Origin: Octopus sinensis
Lineage: Eukaryota
NCBI RefSeq assembly: GCF_006345805.1
Contig: NW_021834277.1
Coordinates: 1 to 50,047 of the forward strand
Direction: 5' to 3'
DNA: 50,047 bases
Of this stretch, positions 21,801-34,449 are shown piece after piece (the stretch's first letter is position 1; the number at the start of each line of letters is the position of its first letter). The position numbers and the translations under genes are program-made. The notes under the pieces were generated by a model. It saw only the letters and a program-made list of their open reading frames with translations. It was not told where the DNA came from and made no database searches.

Positions 21801-22590
21801 AAATGTATGGTAAATAAACACGGCATAACGTATATTGAGTGTAAAACCGGACAGGAGACAAACACAGAAGGTCCCTAATTTTTCATCAGTTATCAACCAA
21901 TTTCTAATACAAAGTTTCGCACCTTTAATGATAATACTGAGACCTTCACAACTGGCGGCGCTCGCGAAAAAGAAAAAAAAATCTTTTAGAACAAAATGAC
22001 ACAGAGTGTGATTTAGGACGGTGGACAAGGACGACCGGTCGAGCAAAATATAGCCTTAGGGCCAAGAAGACGAGAATAGAGGGTAACGCTTAGGAAATGT
22101 CCTAAAGAACTGAGAGAGAGAGAATTTGCGACTGGTCAGCTGAGGACCAGTGTAAGAAAGGAAAAGAAAGAGAAGCTGGCCGAGGGTCATGTGGCAGCAG
22201 GAGAGAGAGAAGAGTGACAGAGAAAAAAAGGGGGGAAGATATGAAGTTTCCAAGAAAGGCTTGGAATAGAAAAGGAGTAAGTGGAAAGGCTAGAATAGAA
22301 GTGAGAGGGTGAGAGAAAGAAAATGGAAAGAATGAAGGCAAGAGAGAGAGAGAGAGGGTCATACTGGTACATAGAAAAACTTGTTAATACAAATTCGGTG
22401 TGTATTGCGTTCCTTGACTTAATAAATGAAAAAAATGTATGGTAAATAAGCATGACACAACGTATATTGAGTGTAAAACCGGACAGGAGACACACATAGA
22501 AGGTCCCTAATTCTTTATCAGTTATCAACCAGTTGCTAATACACAGTTTCGTACCTTTAATGATAATACTGAGACTTTCACAGTTGGCGA
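21797..22590. repeat. Pair of ~160-bp diverged direct repeats (21797-21960, 22428-22590)
   Basis: Shared CGTATATTGAGTGTAAAACCGGACAGGAGACA and ACCTTTAATGATAATACTGAGAC blocks. Confidence 0.85.
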
Positions 22591-22591
22591 C

Positions 22592-22847
22592 AGGAATTTC
22601 AGTAAAAGAGACTTGGTTAAAGCGGAATTTGAATTCAGAACGCAAAGATGAACGAAATACCTATTTCTTTACTACCCACAAGGGGCTACACACAGAGAGG
22701 ACAAACAAGGACAGACAAACGGATGAAGTCGATTATATGGACCCCAGTGCGTAACTGGTACTCATTTAATCGACCCCGAAAGGATGAAAGGCAAAGTCGA
22801 CCTCGGCGGAATTTGAACTCACAACGTAAAGACAGACGAAATACCTA
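22592..22847 (-). mobile_element. Head-less SINE B, one 184-bp unit plus a partial second unit
   Basis: Starts at AGGTATTTCGTC (22844) and restarts at 22660. Confidence 0.85.
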
Positions 22848-23193
22848 CAACACTACACGACAACCACCTGTATACTGCTAACACCGGTTGTACATTCACC
22901 GCCACGACCATCACCACTGTTTCACTACTACAATCGTTACATCATCATCCCAAAACTACTACCACTACTACTGTACAATTACCTGTTGTTAAAAGTATTC
23001 TTTTCAATTGTTTACAAACACAGCCAGGCTGAAATAATTAATGCATTCTTCCAGGAGTGAATTTAAAAATTCTCAAACTTAAGGGGATGGGCCCCTTAGA
23101 TACTAACATGGGACCCCATATATGGATTCTAATGGCACAGGGGCCCACTTGCCATCGGGCAAGCTGGCAACCTGGCCAGTCTGCCACTGGTGG

Positions 23194-23605
23194 CAGCGCT
23201 GGATCAACCATTAAACAAATGGATTAGACAAAACCATTAAACAAGGGAGGTGGTACCACAGAAATGGTAAATGGTTTACGACACAAAAGAAATCACTTTA
23301 AACTTGCTAAAATAATATTCGGGATGCCTTTATCTCAACTAAGTAGAGATGCAGATGTGTTACCTAAGATTAATTTTGAGGATCTGACCAAAGACTTTGC
23401 AATTCAAAATCTTTTTAAATCTAAATAAAGTGGAAGGAGACAAAAATAAACATTATTTTCCCCTCTTACTGTTTTGTTTCGTTTTGAAAATTAAAAATTT
23501 ATTTTATGGTTTGTTATTGTTCATATTTTGAATTGCATAATCTTTTATGGGGGCACCAAAATCTTTTAAGGGCTTAGGGCCCCGATGGATCTTAATCCAG
23601 CCCTG
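23194..23605 (+). mobile_element. Non-autonomous hAT element with remnant of the C-terminal dimerisation domain
   Basis: TIRs CAG(C/G)GCTGGAT(C/T)AA (12/14); internal frame LSQLSRDADVLPKINFEDLTKDFAIQ. Confidence 0.65.
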
Positions 23606-23629
23606 GGTGGTGGTAGTACTGTGGTTGCT

Positions 23630-23845
23630 AAACGTTAGCACGCCGGGGCGAAGTGCTTAGCGGTATTTCGTCTGCCGTTACGTTGTGAATTCAAATTCCG
23701 CCGAGGTCGACTTTGCCTTTCATCCTTTCGGGGTCGATAAATTAAGTACCAGTTACGCACTGGGGTCGATGTAATCGACTTCATCCGTCTGCCTGTCCTT
23801 GTTTGTCCCCTCTATGTTTAGCCCCTTGTGGGTAATAAAGAAATA
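23630..23845 (+). mobile_element. SINE family B, 5'-trimmed, perfect 15-bp TSD
   Basis: AGTACTGTGGTTGCT at 23615-23629 and 23846-23860. Confidence 0.9.
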
Positions 23846-23907
23846 AGTACTGTGGTTGCTGGCGATATTGCAATGATTTCTAGTAATGGTAAAATACCAG
23901 TGTGAAG

Positions 23908-24232
23908 GCCCGTGGCTTACTGGTTAGGGGCATGTGGCCCACGATCGTTAGGTCGTGAGTTCAATTCCCGGCGGTGCGTTGTGTACCTTGAGCAAGACGC
24001 TTTATTTCACTTTATTGCTCCAGTCCACTCAGCTGGCGAAAATGAGTCGTACCTGCGATTCAAATGTGACAGCCTTATCACGTCCCGTGTCACACCGAAT
24101 CTACCCGAGAACTACGTTGAGGGTACGCACGCCTGTGGAGTACTCAGCCACTTGCACGTCAATTTCACGAACAGGCTATTCCGTTGGTCGGATCAACCGG
24201 AACACTCGTCGTCGCAATCGACGGAGTGCCAG
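23908..24232 (+). mobile_element. SINE family C, near full length
   Basis: tRNA-like head (GTGGCTTACTGGTTAGG, GAGTTCAATTCCC) and GCTCCAGTCCACTCAGCTGG core; fragment also at 42775-42890. Confidence 0.8.
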
Positions 24233-24927
24233 TCACGTGCTTAGGGCATCAAGGGAGGAGGGTTTACCACAGAAATGGTAAATGGTTAACGGCACAAAAG
24301 TAGTAGTAGTAGTAGTGGTGGTGGTGGTGGTGGTGGTGGTGGTGGTGGTGGTGGTCGGTAATGGTGCATTGGTTGTTGGTGGTTGTGGTGGTAGTTTAAT
24401 GTGTGTGCAGTGGTAAAGAACCAGGTTCGTTTTCTTACTGGTTTAGTGGTTCGTGGTAGTGGTACAATGGTTGGACCTGATGGTATTGTTATAGTGTAAC
24501 GGCGAAAGCGGTGGTGATGGTCATGTTGATGCTGATGTTATCGTCCTGTGGAGTCTGGTGTGAAGTTGTTGCCAGCGATAATTAAGAAAACAATAGCGAC
24601 CATATTGTTTTGCCTAATTAGTTTAATTGTGTTAGATAACAAGACAACGTAATTAGCCACAGCGGCAGGGGTGGGGATTGCGTTTGTCAACTGGTCAAAT
24701 CGTCTGAAAAACACAAAGTGTCTGTGTGTCGAGAGAGAGAGGGAAAGAGAGAACACATGTACGTACTGTGTGCGCGTACACACACACACACACATATCTA
24801 CATATATATAATTACACACACACACACAAACACACAAACGCACACGCACACACACATATATATATATACATATGTATGTTTGCCTGATATATATAATTGC
24901 ACAAATATATATGTATGTACTGCTATA

Positions 24928-24974
<47 letters not shown>

Positions 24975-25112
24975 GATATATATATACACATATACCTGAT
25001 TATATATATATATATATTATATATATATAATACATGTTTGTTGTCCACACCACCTGTCTTCGTCTTTTGGTTTTTCTTTGTGAATTCTCCCCCTATATAT
25101 TACACACACACG

Positions 25113-25143
<31 letters not shown>

Positions 25144-25639
25144 CGCGCGCGTGCATTAATACACAAACACATAAGCGTGTGTACACACACACACACACGC
25201 ACAGAGGAAACCTCTTATTGAAATTACTTTGAAACGGAGCTTTTTTAGATATGAATCAATCAATAACCGGCTGATAACATTAAACAGCGGGTTTGACAAC
25301 ATATCGAGCGTATTCTAACCCGGAAAAAGGTATTGCTTGTATGTGTGTGTGTATTGTGTACACACACACACACACACACACACACACTGTTGCTCAGGCA
25401 GTTAGAAATAACAGCCAAATCTCCGTCGACTCTCACGTCCTACCTCCTTAAGAAAAAAACGTTCACATTAGACAATGTAGTCCTAGATATAATTTTGGAA
25501 AAGCAGATGAGATAGTCGTGGTTGGAATGTCTTTGAATCATTAGGTCTGCTCGATCAGATTTTACTTGAGACAATTACTTCACTAAATTTATTAAATTAC
25601 TATTATTTTTTTTTTTACATCAGATATAATTCTGATGTA

Positions 25640-26400
25640 GATGGTGGTGGTGGTGGTGAGGGTGGTTGCTGTGGTGGTGGAGATGAGGGTGTGACGGTGG
25701 TTGTGGCGGAGGTGGTGATGGTGATGGCGTGAGTAATAGTTGCTGATGGTTACAATGATGGTGTTGTTGTTGTTGTTGGTGGTGGTGATGGTAGTTGTGG
25801 TATAGATTGGGGGGGGTAGTAGTAGCACTTGGTGGTGGTGGTGGTAGTAGTGGCAATGTTGGTGGTAGTGTGAGTAGTAGTAGCAGTAGTTGATGGTGGT
25901 GGTGGTGGTAATAGTAGTAGTAGTAGTGTTGGTGGTGGTGGTGGTGGTGATGGTGGTTGTGGTTGCTGTGGTGGTGGAGATGAGGGTGTGACGGTGGTTG
26001 TGGCGGAGGTGGTGATGGTGATGGCGTGAGTAATAGTTGCTGATGGTTACAATGATGGTGTTGTTGTTGTTGGTGGTGGTGGTGATGGTAGTTGTGGTAT
26101 AGATTGGGGGGGTAGTATTAGCACTTGGTGGTGGTGGTGGTAGTAGTGGCAATGTTGGTGGTAGTGTGAGTAGTAGTAGCAGTAGTTGATGGTGGTGGTG
26201 GTGGTAATAGTAGTAGTAGTAGTAGTGGTGGTGTTGGTGGTGGTGGTCGTCGTCGTCGTGGTAATAGTAGTAGTAGTGTTGGTGTTGGTGCTGCTGCTGC
26301 TACAGCTGGAAGTGATGGTGGTGATGGTAGTAGTAGTAGTAGTGGTGGTGGTCGTCGTCGTCGTCGACGTGGTGGTCGTGGTGATGATGAGAAGCTGCAG
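25640..26400. repeat. (GGT/GTA)n array containing a 297-bp tandem duplication
   Basis: GTTGCTGTGGTGGTGGAGATGAGGGTGTGACGG at 25665 and 25962. Confidence 0.9.
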
Positions 26401-26733
26401 CAAGTAGCAGCTGCTGCGGTCACATCAAATGGTAACATGACGGGAATGAAAGAAGAGGACTGCTATGGCGGAAGCACCAACACACACACTCCTTCTCTCT
26501 CTCTCTCTCCCTCTCTCCCACTTCTTCCCCTCACCTCTTCTCCTTCCTCTCCCGCCACATCCGAATAAGTCATCAATCAATGGAGACGATGAGATGTGTC
26601 GGACAAGAACCGATCAAACGGCAAACGTGGCTGATTGATTGATAGATTGATTGATAGATAGAGATAAGATAGACAGATGGATAGGCAGGCAGAGAGACAG
26701 ATACATACATACACACACACATACACACATACA

Positions 26734-26972
26734 TACTCTTTACTCTCTCTTTTACTCTTTTACTTGTTTCAGTCATTTGACTGCGGCCATGCTGGAGTAC
26801 CGCCTTTAGTCGAGCAAATCGACCCCGCGACTTATTCTTTGTAAGCCTAGTACTTATTCTATCGGACTCTTTTGCCGAACCGCTAAGTGACGGGGACGTA
26901 AACACACCAGCATCGGTTGTCAAGCAATGCTAGGGGGACAAACACATACACAAACATATACACACACACACT

Positions 26973-27004
<32 letters not shown>

Positions 27005-27168
27005 CGACAGGCTTCTTTCAGTTTCCGTCTACCAAATCCACTCATAAGGCATTGGTCGGCCCGAGGCTATAGCAGATGACACTTGCCCAAGGTGCCACGC
27101 AGTGGGACTGAACCCGGAACCATGTGGTTGGTTAGCAAGCTACTTACCACACAACAACTCCTGCGCCT
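26734..27168 (-). mobile_element. SINE family A, full length
   Basis: Complete head (GGCGCAGGAG...) to (AAAGAGT)n tail. Confidence 0.95.
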
Positions 27169-27480
27169 ATATACATACATAAAACGTTACCAAAATAGTC
27201 GTAAAGTAACAGAAAAATAATATATACCGGTTAACGACCGGGATCAAAGGTTTTATTTCCACGGATCAAATGACCACTGTTTTTAGAGAGGAATCAGCTT
27301 CCAGTATGTTCGGCATTTTCGATAAGAATATACGAAACTCAAAGACAAACATTCCAGAAAATTGCTATTTTTTTTTTTTCGCGAATAAGTGTTTTTCTTT
27401 TTCTTTTTTTTTTTATTATAGATAATTTTTATATAACTCGAAATCACGTTTACTTCTTGACGTAAAAATAAAAACAATCT

Positions 27481-27995
27481 AAGTGTCTCCTACTCTAGCC
27501 TTGGGCCGGCCAAAGCCTAATGAGTGGATTTGGTAGGCGGAAACTGAAAGAAGCCCGTTATAATACAAATGGGAAAGAACGCAAAACATCCGGAAAGTTA
27601 GGTGATACAAAAATGGGACAACAAAACATCCAGATAGACGATACAAAGAAAACAAGGATGGGTCATTCGAAGTTTTCTTTCCTCAGTCAAGTACCAGATT
27701 ATCTTCGCAATTTCGGCTGATTATACTTGAGATTGCTCCAATCTGGCCAGCCCCAAGGAAAAACTAAGCTAAGAGCATTAGATTCCTTGGAAGCTCCCCA
27801 CCATCGCTTGACAACCGATGCTGGTGTGTTTATGTCCCCGTAAGCCAGCAGTTCGGCAAAAGAGAACGATAGAATAAGTAAGAACCAGGCTTGCAAAGAA
27901 TAAGTTCTGGGTTCGATTTCTTCGACTAACACCCTTCGAGGCGGTGCTCCAGCATGGCTGCAGTCAAATGACAGAAACAAGCAAAAAGAGTAAAA
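27481..27995 (+). mobile_element. SINE A split by an unclassified repeat (family Q, 27561-27795)
   Basis: SINE halves flank the insert at the microsatellite position; Q also occurs at 38270-38402. Confidence 0.75.
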
Positions 27996-28224
27996 ATAAA
28001 AAGAAGAAATAGCTCAATTTACAAAAGATGGCACGTGACAGCAAAGAATATAGTTTTTAAAGATGTCCTCTTTTACGATTTTGCCTTCAGGTTTGCCCAT
28101 GTACACCCGAGAAACAAACACTTCAGAAAAAATACACGACTTCATAAATAATGTATTTCATCTTGATTCTTTATAAACTTTTTAAAATTCTTTATACTTT
28201 CTAAGAATTTCGACAAATGCTGCA

Positions 28225-28638
28225 TACTCTCTTTACTCTTTTACTTGTTTCAGTCATTTGACTGTGGCCATGCTGGAGCACCACCTTTAGTCGAGCAAAT
28301 CGACCCCGGGACTTATTCTTTGTAAGCCCAGTACTTATTCTATCGGTCTCTTTTGCCGAACCGCTAAGTGACGGGGACGTAAACACACCAGCATCGGTTG
28401 TCAAGCAATGCTAGGGGGACAAACACAGACACACAAACACACTCACATACATATATATATATATATATACATATATACGACGGGCTTCTTTCAGTTTCCG
28501 TTACCAAATCCACTCACAAGGCATTGGTCGGCCCGGGGCTATAGCAGAGAAGCCAAGCCAAGGTCCCCACGCAGTGGGACTGAATCCGGAACCATGTGGT
28601 TGGTTAGCAAGCTACTTACCACACAGCCACTCCTGCGC
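28225..28638 (-). mobile_element. SINE family A, full length
   Basis: Colinear with the 26734 copy. Confidence 0.95.
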
Positions 28639-28902
28639 ATGGTTTTAATTAATTTTAATTTATCATTTTAATTAAAATGTCTCCGCTTATTTCATCGAGT
28701 ATATCAGTTCTCACGTCCACCACACATACACACACCGCGCACACACGCATATGTACGCACACACACACACACACACACGTACAATATACATTTTACGAGA
28801 TCCTCGGTTCCCAAACTTTCCGGATTACGCATTTTTCCGGACCAGGTGTTGTCACACTTCAAATAAGCTGAATATTAAATTTATTTAAATTTACTAAAAT
28901 AA

Positions 28903-29077
28903 GGCGCAGGCGTGGCTGTGATAAAAGGTTCGCTTCCCCACCACATGGTTCCGGGTTCAGTCCCACTGCGTGGCACCTTGGGCAAGCGTCTTCTGCCATA
29001 GCCTCGGGCCGACCAAAGCTTTGTGAATGAATTTGGTAGATGGAAACTGAAAGAAGCCGTATATATATGTGTATGTA

Positions 29078-29124
<47 letters not shown>

Positions 29125-29320
29125 CCCCATCACAGCTTGACAACCGATGCTGGTGTGTCACACGTAACTTAGCGGTTCGGCAAAAAGGGACCGATAGAAT
29201 AAGTACGAGGTTTAAGATAAAAGTCCTTGGGTCGATTTGTTCGACTTACAGCCCTTCGAGGATGTAAGTCTCCAGCAAGGCCCCAGTCCAATGACTGAAA
29301 CAAGTAAAAGAACAGAAGAA
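28903..29320 (+). mobile_element. SINE family A, full length, diverged
   Basis: GGCGCAGGCGTGGCTG head to GAAACAAGTAAAAGA tail. Confidence 0.9.
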
Positions 29321-29409
29321 TAAAAAAAATCAAATGACATTCCGTAGGTACCAGTACATTAGTATAAATGATACTAGTTTATAATAGTGAGGTGGCCTAG
29401 GTACTCAGC

Positions 29410-29470
<61 letters not shown>

Positions 29471-29477
29471 TATATAT

Positions 29478-29676
29478 GAGTTAATTCAAACATGAAAACA
29501 GAACAACGCGGGGACGTGGAACAAGCATAGTGTTATTATTGGACGCTCAGGAAAGGAAAGAAAGAAGGAGGATTTAACGTTTCGAGCGGAGCTCTTCGTC
29601 AGAAGCATAGGAAAAGGAAAGGTCCAAGGAAGGGAAAACGAAGGGAAAAAAATCGCCAACGATACACACGCGGTCA
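29478..29676 (-). mobile_element. P1 element with hammerhead motif (29572-29606) between (TA)n tracts
   Basis: Core CUGACGA-A-GAGC(UCC)GCUC-GAAA-CGUU intact; helix I has one mismatch (GCUU/AAAU). Confidence 0.7.
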
Positions 29677-29879
29677 TATATAATTATTATATATATATTA
29701 GTTATAAACAAGGGCTAAAGAAAATGATTTCTATGCCAATATGCTGATAACAGACTTTTAAATCGTCAATTTCCACATATTATTTACTCGCTACAGAAAA
29801 CACGTAAGAGCTGAAATTGAGGAAAGCCAGCCAACAGAGTTGGCTACCTTGGCTTGACTCTGTTGGTCCCCCAGGCAAG

Positions 29880-31243
29880 ATGAGTGCAAAAAGAAAGAGT
29901 TATTCTGTGGAGTACAAGAAAGTAATTGGGGAAGAGTGAAATAAGAAACTTACGGTTTTCTGTAAGGAGAAGATGTTGGATCCCCGAATGGTTCGAAAAT
30001 GGCGAACAAAGTACAATAACCTCAGCAGATAGGTGGATGAAGGAAGTGCAAAGAAGCGCAAGTGCGGATCAGGTCGACAACTGTTGTTTTCAGAGCTGGA
30101 CGATATCACCTCAGGATGATGAGTTCTCTCTAAGAAGATCGACATCACTGTTCATGCTGGAGGATGCTGAAGTGGTTCAATGTGCACTTGAATTCAAATC
30201 TTTCGTTGATGGCATCGATTTCACTAAATACGATCTCTCCAATATAATTGCTATGGATGAGACTGTAGTATTTGTGAGCCAAGGATCTAAAACGACAATT
30301 GAACAGACAAGGACCTCGTTAATCTACGTTGCCTTAATGGGATACGAAAGTGCAAGGGTTAATTGTATTTTATCAGTTTGTCTTGATGGAACAGAAGTCC
30401 CACCGCTTATCATCACAAAGGGCAAAAGAGAAAAACAGAACGAGTTTCGGGCATTTATGTCCTTGAAACGGAAAAGGCTTGGTGCACACAAGTTGTTATA
30501 AGAAAATGGGTTGATTTAACTATGCCACTTGTTTTACGTGGTTCTCAAAGAGGTCTTTTAGTCTGGGATTCGGCTAGTACTCACTGCGCAAAAGATATGA
30601 AAACCTTCCTTTCCGAAAGACGAATTGACCACATAGTGATTCTTGTGGGAATGACTTCATATCTACAAACATTAGATCTTGTAATAAACGATCCCTTCAA
30701 GGATTATTTGCGGATGGAAGTGAATGAATATATCGAACGTAGAATGGAGAGAAATCAGCATGGAGACTTTGCCAAACCCAACCTCCAAGAAGTCGTGAAT
30801 TGGGTGATGAATTCATGGAATAAAATTACCGACAGTTGCGAGGCCAATGCACTACGAGAAGGGTAATTGGAGAAAAAGTGTTCATTTAAGTAAAGTTATA
30901 TTGTCAGACATGAGAGTTTGGGGTCCATGATTCTACAGGAAATAGATTTGCAAGAAATTCAGTCTGAAGTTCGGGGTTTGATGATTTATGGCGATGTTCC
31001 AGAAGAGGACGAAATGTTTGTACTTGACTAAAAACAATAAGCAAATAAATAAACTTTTGATAACTAAAGACATAAGTTTCCTTTTTTTACAATTTTTTTC
31101 CCTTTTACTTGAGGACAAAAGTTTTTGTTGTCTTTCTTGGATGTTTTCCGCAAAAATATAAGACACCGCGCGAAAATAAGCCCTAGTGAGTTTTCGGGAT
31201 GCAAAATTAATATAAGTCAGGGTCTTATTTTCGGGGAAACACG
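29880..31243 (+). mobile_element. Degraded pogo/Tigger-like transposon (DDE_1 domain, DD35D spacing)
   Basis: N-terminus MSAKRKSYSVEYKK; MDET, WDSASTH and QTLD motifs with 35 residues between the last two Asp. Stops and frameshifts present. Right TIR CTTATTTTCGGGGAAACACG; left TIR not seen. Confidence 0.9.
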
Positions 31244-31521
31244 ATGTGTGTGTGTGTGTGTGTGTGTGATGCAAGCAGGAAAAATAGAACTCAAAACATG
31301 ACTACATACATACATATATAATACATATATATACATACATACATACATACATACATACATACATAAATACATACATACATATATATTATATATATTATAT
31401 ATACCTATAACTACGAGGCAACCAGAGTGACACAAGGCCGAGTGTTTCGTATATATTAGTTTGATAAATGCTAATGCACGAAACTCTCGATCTTGATCCA
31501 TTCTTGCTTCTGCTATTAATA

Positions 31522-31562
<41 letters not shown>

Positions 31563-32683
31563 TATGTCTATGAACTTCGTTTCAAGCGTTATGACAACGA
31601 CGGAAGTGCATCAGAAAGGAACAAAAGCCAACAGATTTTATAACATGTTGCTTTGTTTCTGAACAATGTTTTGAAACAGAATGAGTCCCCCTTTCACCCA
31701 CTCCCTTCTCTTGTGTCCCCTCCCAGCTTCCCGTGTGTGTGTGTGTGTTCTCCTTTTCATTCTCTTCAACCATTCTTCTCGGCTTCTGCTTTCTAAATCT
31801 CACTCTTTCCCTCTACCCTTCGCCCTTTCTCTCTCTCTCCACCCATTATACTTTCGATCTCTCTCTCTCCCTCTCTCCTTCATCCCCATATATTTCCTGC
31901 ACCATCAACGCCGCCGCCACCACCTCCAGCCTTCCTTGTCACAAATCCTATCATCCATGTTTAAGAGATCGAAGCCCCATCAGAGGAAGCTATGCTCTAA
32001 TAAGGAACACGCATGCGCAAATGAACATAAATAACCTTGCATATAAAAGGCACATCTAGGCTTTTCTTATCAGCGTATAACTTTGTATACATACACACAC
32101 ACACACATATATATATATATGCATATATTTATGCATGCTTTTAAATGTGTGTGTGTGTGTGTATGTAGATATATGTATGCGTGTGAATTTTATATACGAA
32201 TTTATGCGTATGGTGTATGTATATATACGTAGGTATATGTATGTATACACGTACTTGTATGTACATATATATATATATATGCATATATATGCGCGTTTAA
32301 ATCTAAAATTATATATTTATGTATGTCGTGTATGCCTGTATAATATTTGTGTGCATGTATGTACATATAGGCGGATAGTGTGTACATGTGCACACGCACA
32401 CACACATATATATATAACATATTATATATACTTATATATATATATATATATATATAACACACACACACACACACATATGTAGGTGTATATGTATTCATAT
32501 GAGCTTATGAGAATATATATGTATGTCAGTGTATTTGTATACATGTATGCGCGTATATATATAATATATATATAGATATATATATATATATATATATACA
32601 GAGTGAGAGAGAGAGAGAGAGGAGAGAGAGCGAGAGAAGAGAGTGAGAGAGAGTATGTATGCCTATGTAATATTTATGTGCAA

Positions 32684-32717
<34 letters not shown>

Positions 32718-32731
32718 GTGGATTGTATGTT

Positions 32732-32763
<32 letters not shown>

Positions 32764-33048
32764 GGGCGTGGGGACTGAGTGTACGAACGAACGGCTGATA
32801 ACCATCGTCGCTATGTCCGATAAGCCATTCCGTACTGGTGTGAATAATTTCGTTAGCGATATCACTTCTGTGACACTTCTTTTCTCCTGCTGGAAACAGG
32901 GGAGAGCGGCGTGGACTTCTTCCACCATAACACAACTCGCGAGGATTAATTCAACATTTGTTGATGGTGGGAGAGGCTCAACACAACCTCACACTTATGC
33001 ATATATGCATATATATTTATATATATATATATATATATATATAGTGTG

Positions 33049-33086
<38 letters not shown>

Positions 33087-33144
33087 TTTGTTATTTATAC
33101 ATATATATATGTGTGTGCGCGGTGCGTGTGTATTTTTTATTCAT

Positions 33145-33180
<36 letters not shown>

Positions 33181-33944
33181 CATGTGCAGATACACACGTT
33201 CATTAGATATATACACACACACACACAAACACACGCATAGATATGTATTCTGATAAATTCTCATGTCTGTGTGTGTACACATACACTCATGCACAGATAT
33301 GTATTCTGATATAGATGCGTATATAAATTCTGAAATATGTGTGTGCATATACATATATATATATATACACACACACATATACATACATAGATATTCTTGT
33401 ATAGATGTAGATAAATTCTTACACACACTTACATATGTTGTTATATATACAAGCGCATGCATATGTATTCTCCCCCCCACACACACACACACATTTAACA
33501 ATGTACAAGAATATGCATGTATGTATATGTGTGTGTATATATATATATATATACAATGTGAGTGTGCGCACGCTCTCTCACACACACACATATACAGAAA
33601 CTTTGCACGTTGAGAGGAACCTACCTAAACACACCACAATCATATACACACGAACGTAAATACACATGCACACACACACACAAACATACATGCCCAACAT
33701 ACCTACATACACACAAACACACACACACACACACACATATATCTTTGCATAGAGTCACCTCTCTCTCTCTCTCTCTCATTGTCCTCTCACTCGCGATCAT
33801 ACATGTCTCTCCCTCCCTCCCTTTCTTCCACTCACTCTCTCTCTCTCTCTCTCTCTCTCTCCCCTCCCGCTGAATGCATTTACATATGCATCTTTGTACT
33901 TACCAGAGGCGGGGAGGAGGACACAAGGTGGAGTAAGAGACGGA

Positions 33945-34380
33945 GAGAGAGGGAGGGGGGAGAGATGGAGAGAGAGAGAGGGGGGAGAGATGGAGAGAGA
34001 GAGAGGGGGAGAGATGGAGAGAGAGAGGGGGGAGAGATGGAGAGAGAGAGAGGGGGGAGAGATGGAGAGAGGAGAGAGGGGGGAGAGATGGAGAGAGAGA
34101 GAGGGGGGAGAGATGGAGAGAGAGAGAGAGGGGGGGAGAGATGGAGAGAGAGAGAGAGAGAGGGGGGGAGAGATGGAGAGAGAGAGAGAGGGGGGAGAGA
34201 TGGAGAGAGAGAGAGGAGGGGGGGGGAGAGATGGAGAGAGAGAGAGAGGGGGGGAGAGATGGAGAGAGAGAAGAGAGGGGGGGAGAGATGGAGAGAGAGG
34301 GGGGAGAGGGAGAGCGAGAGAGGGGGGGGAAGATGGAGAGAGAGAGAGAGGGGGGAGAGGAGAGAGAGGGGGGAGCGCGA
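33945..34380. repeat. G-rich GGAGAGATGGAGAGAGAGAGGGG minisatellite (~25-bp unit)
   Basis: Direct reading. Confidence 0.9.
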
Positions 34381-34449
34381 GCGTGCGTGTGTTTGCGTAT
34401 GTTTAGAGATAAAAGCCGCGAACGCCAGTTTGTGTTTGTTTTCAGATGA

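Noticed and set aside
27660-27700. CUGAGGA/CUGAAGA...GAAU in family Q (also ~38350-38390)
   Set aside because: GAAU instead of GAAA and no valid helix I/III arrangement.
32796-32863. GATA-site cluster and adjacent unique ORF segments
   Set aside because: Only one full WGATAA; no splice-bounded frame or homology recognised.
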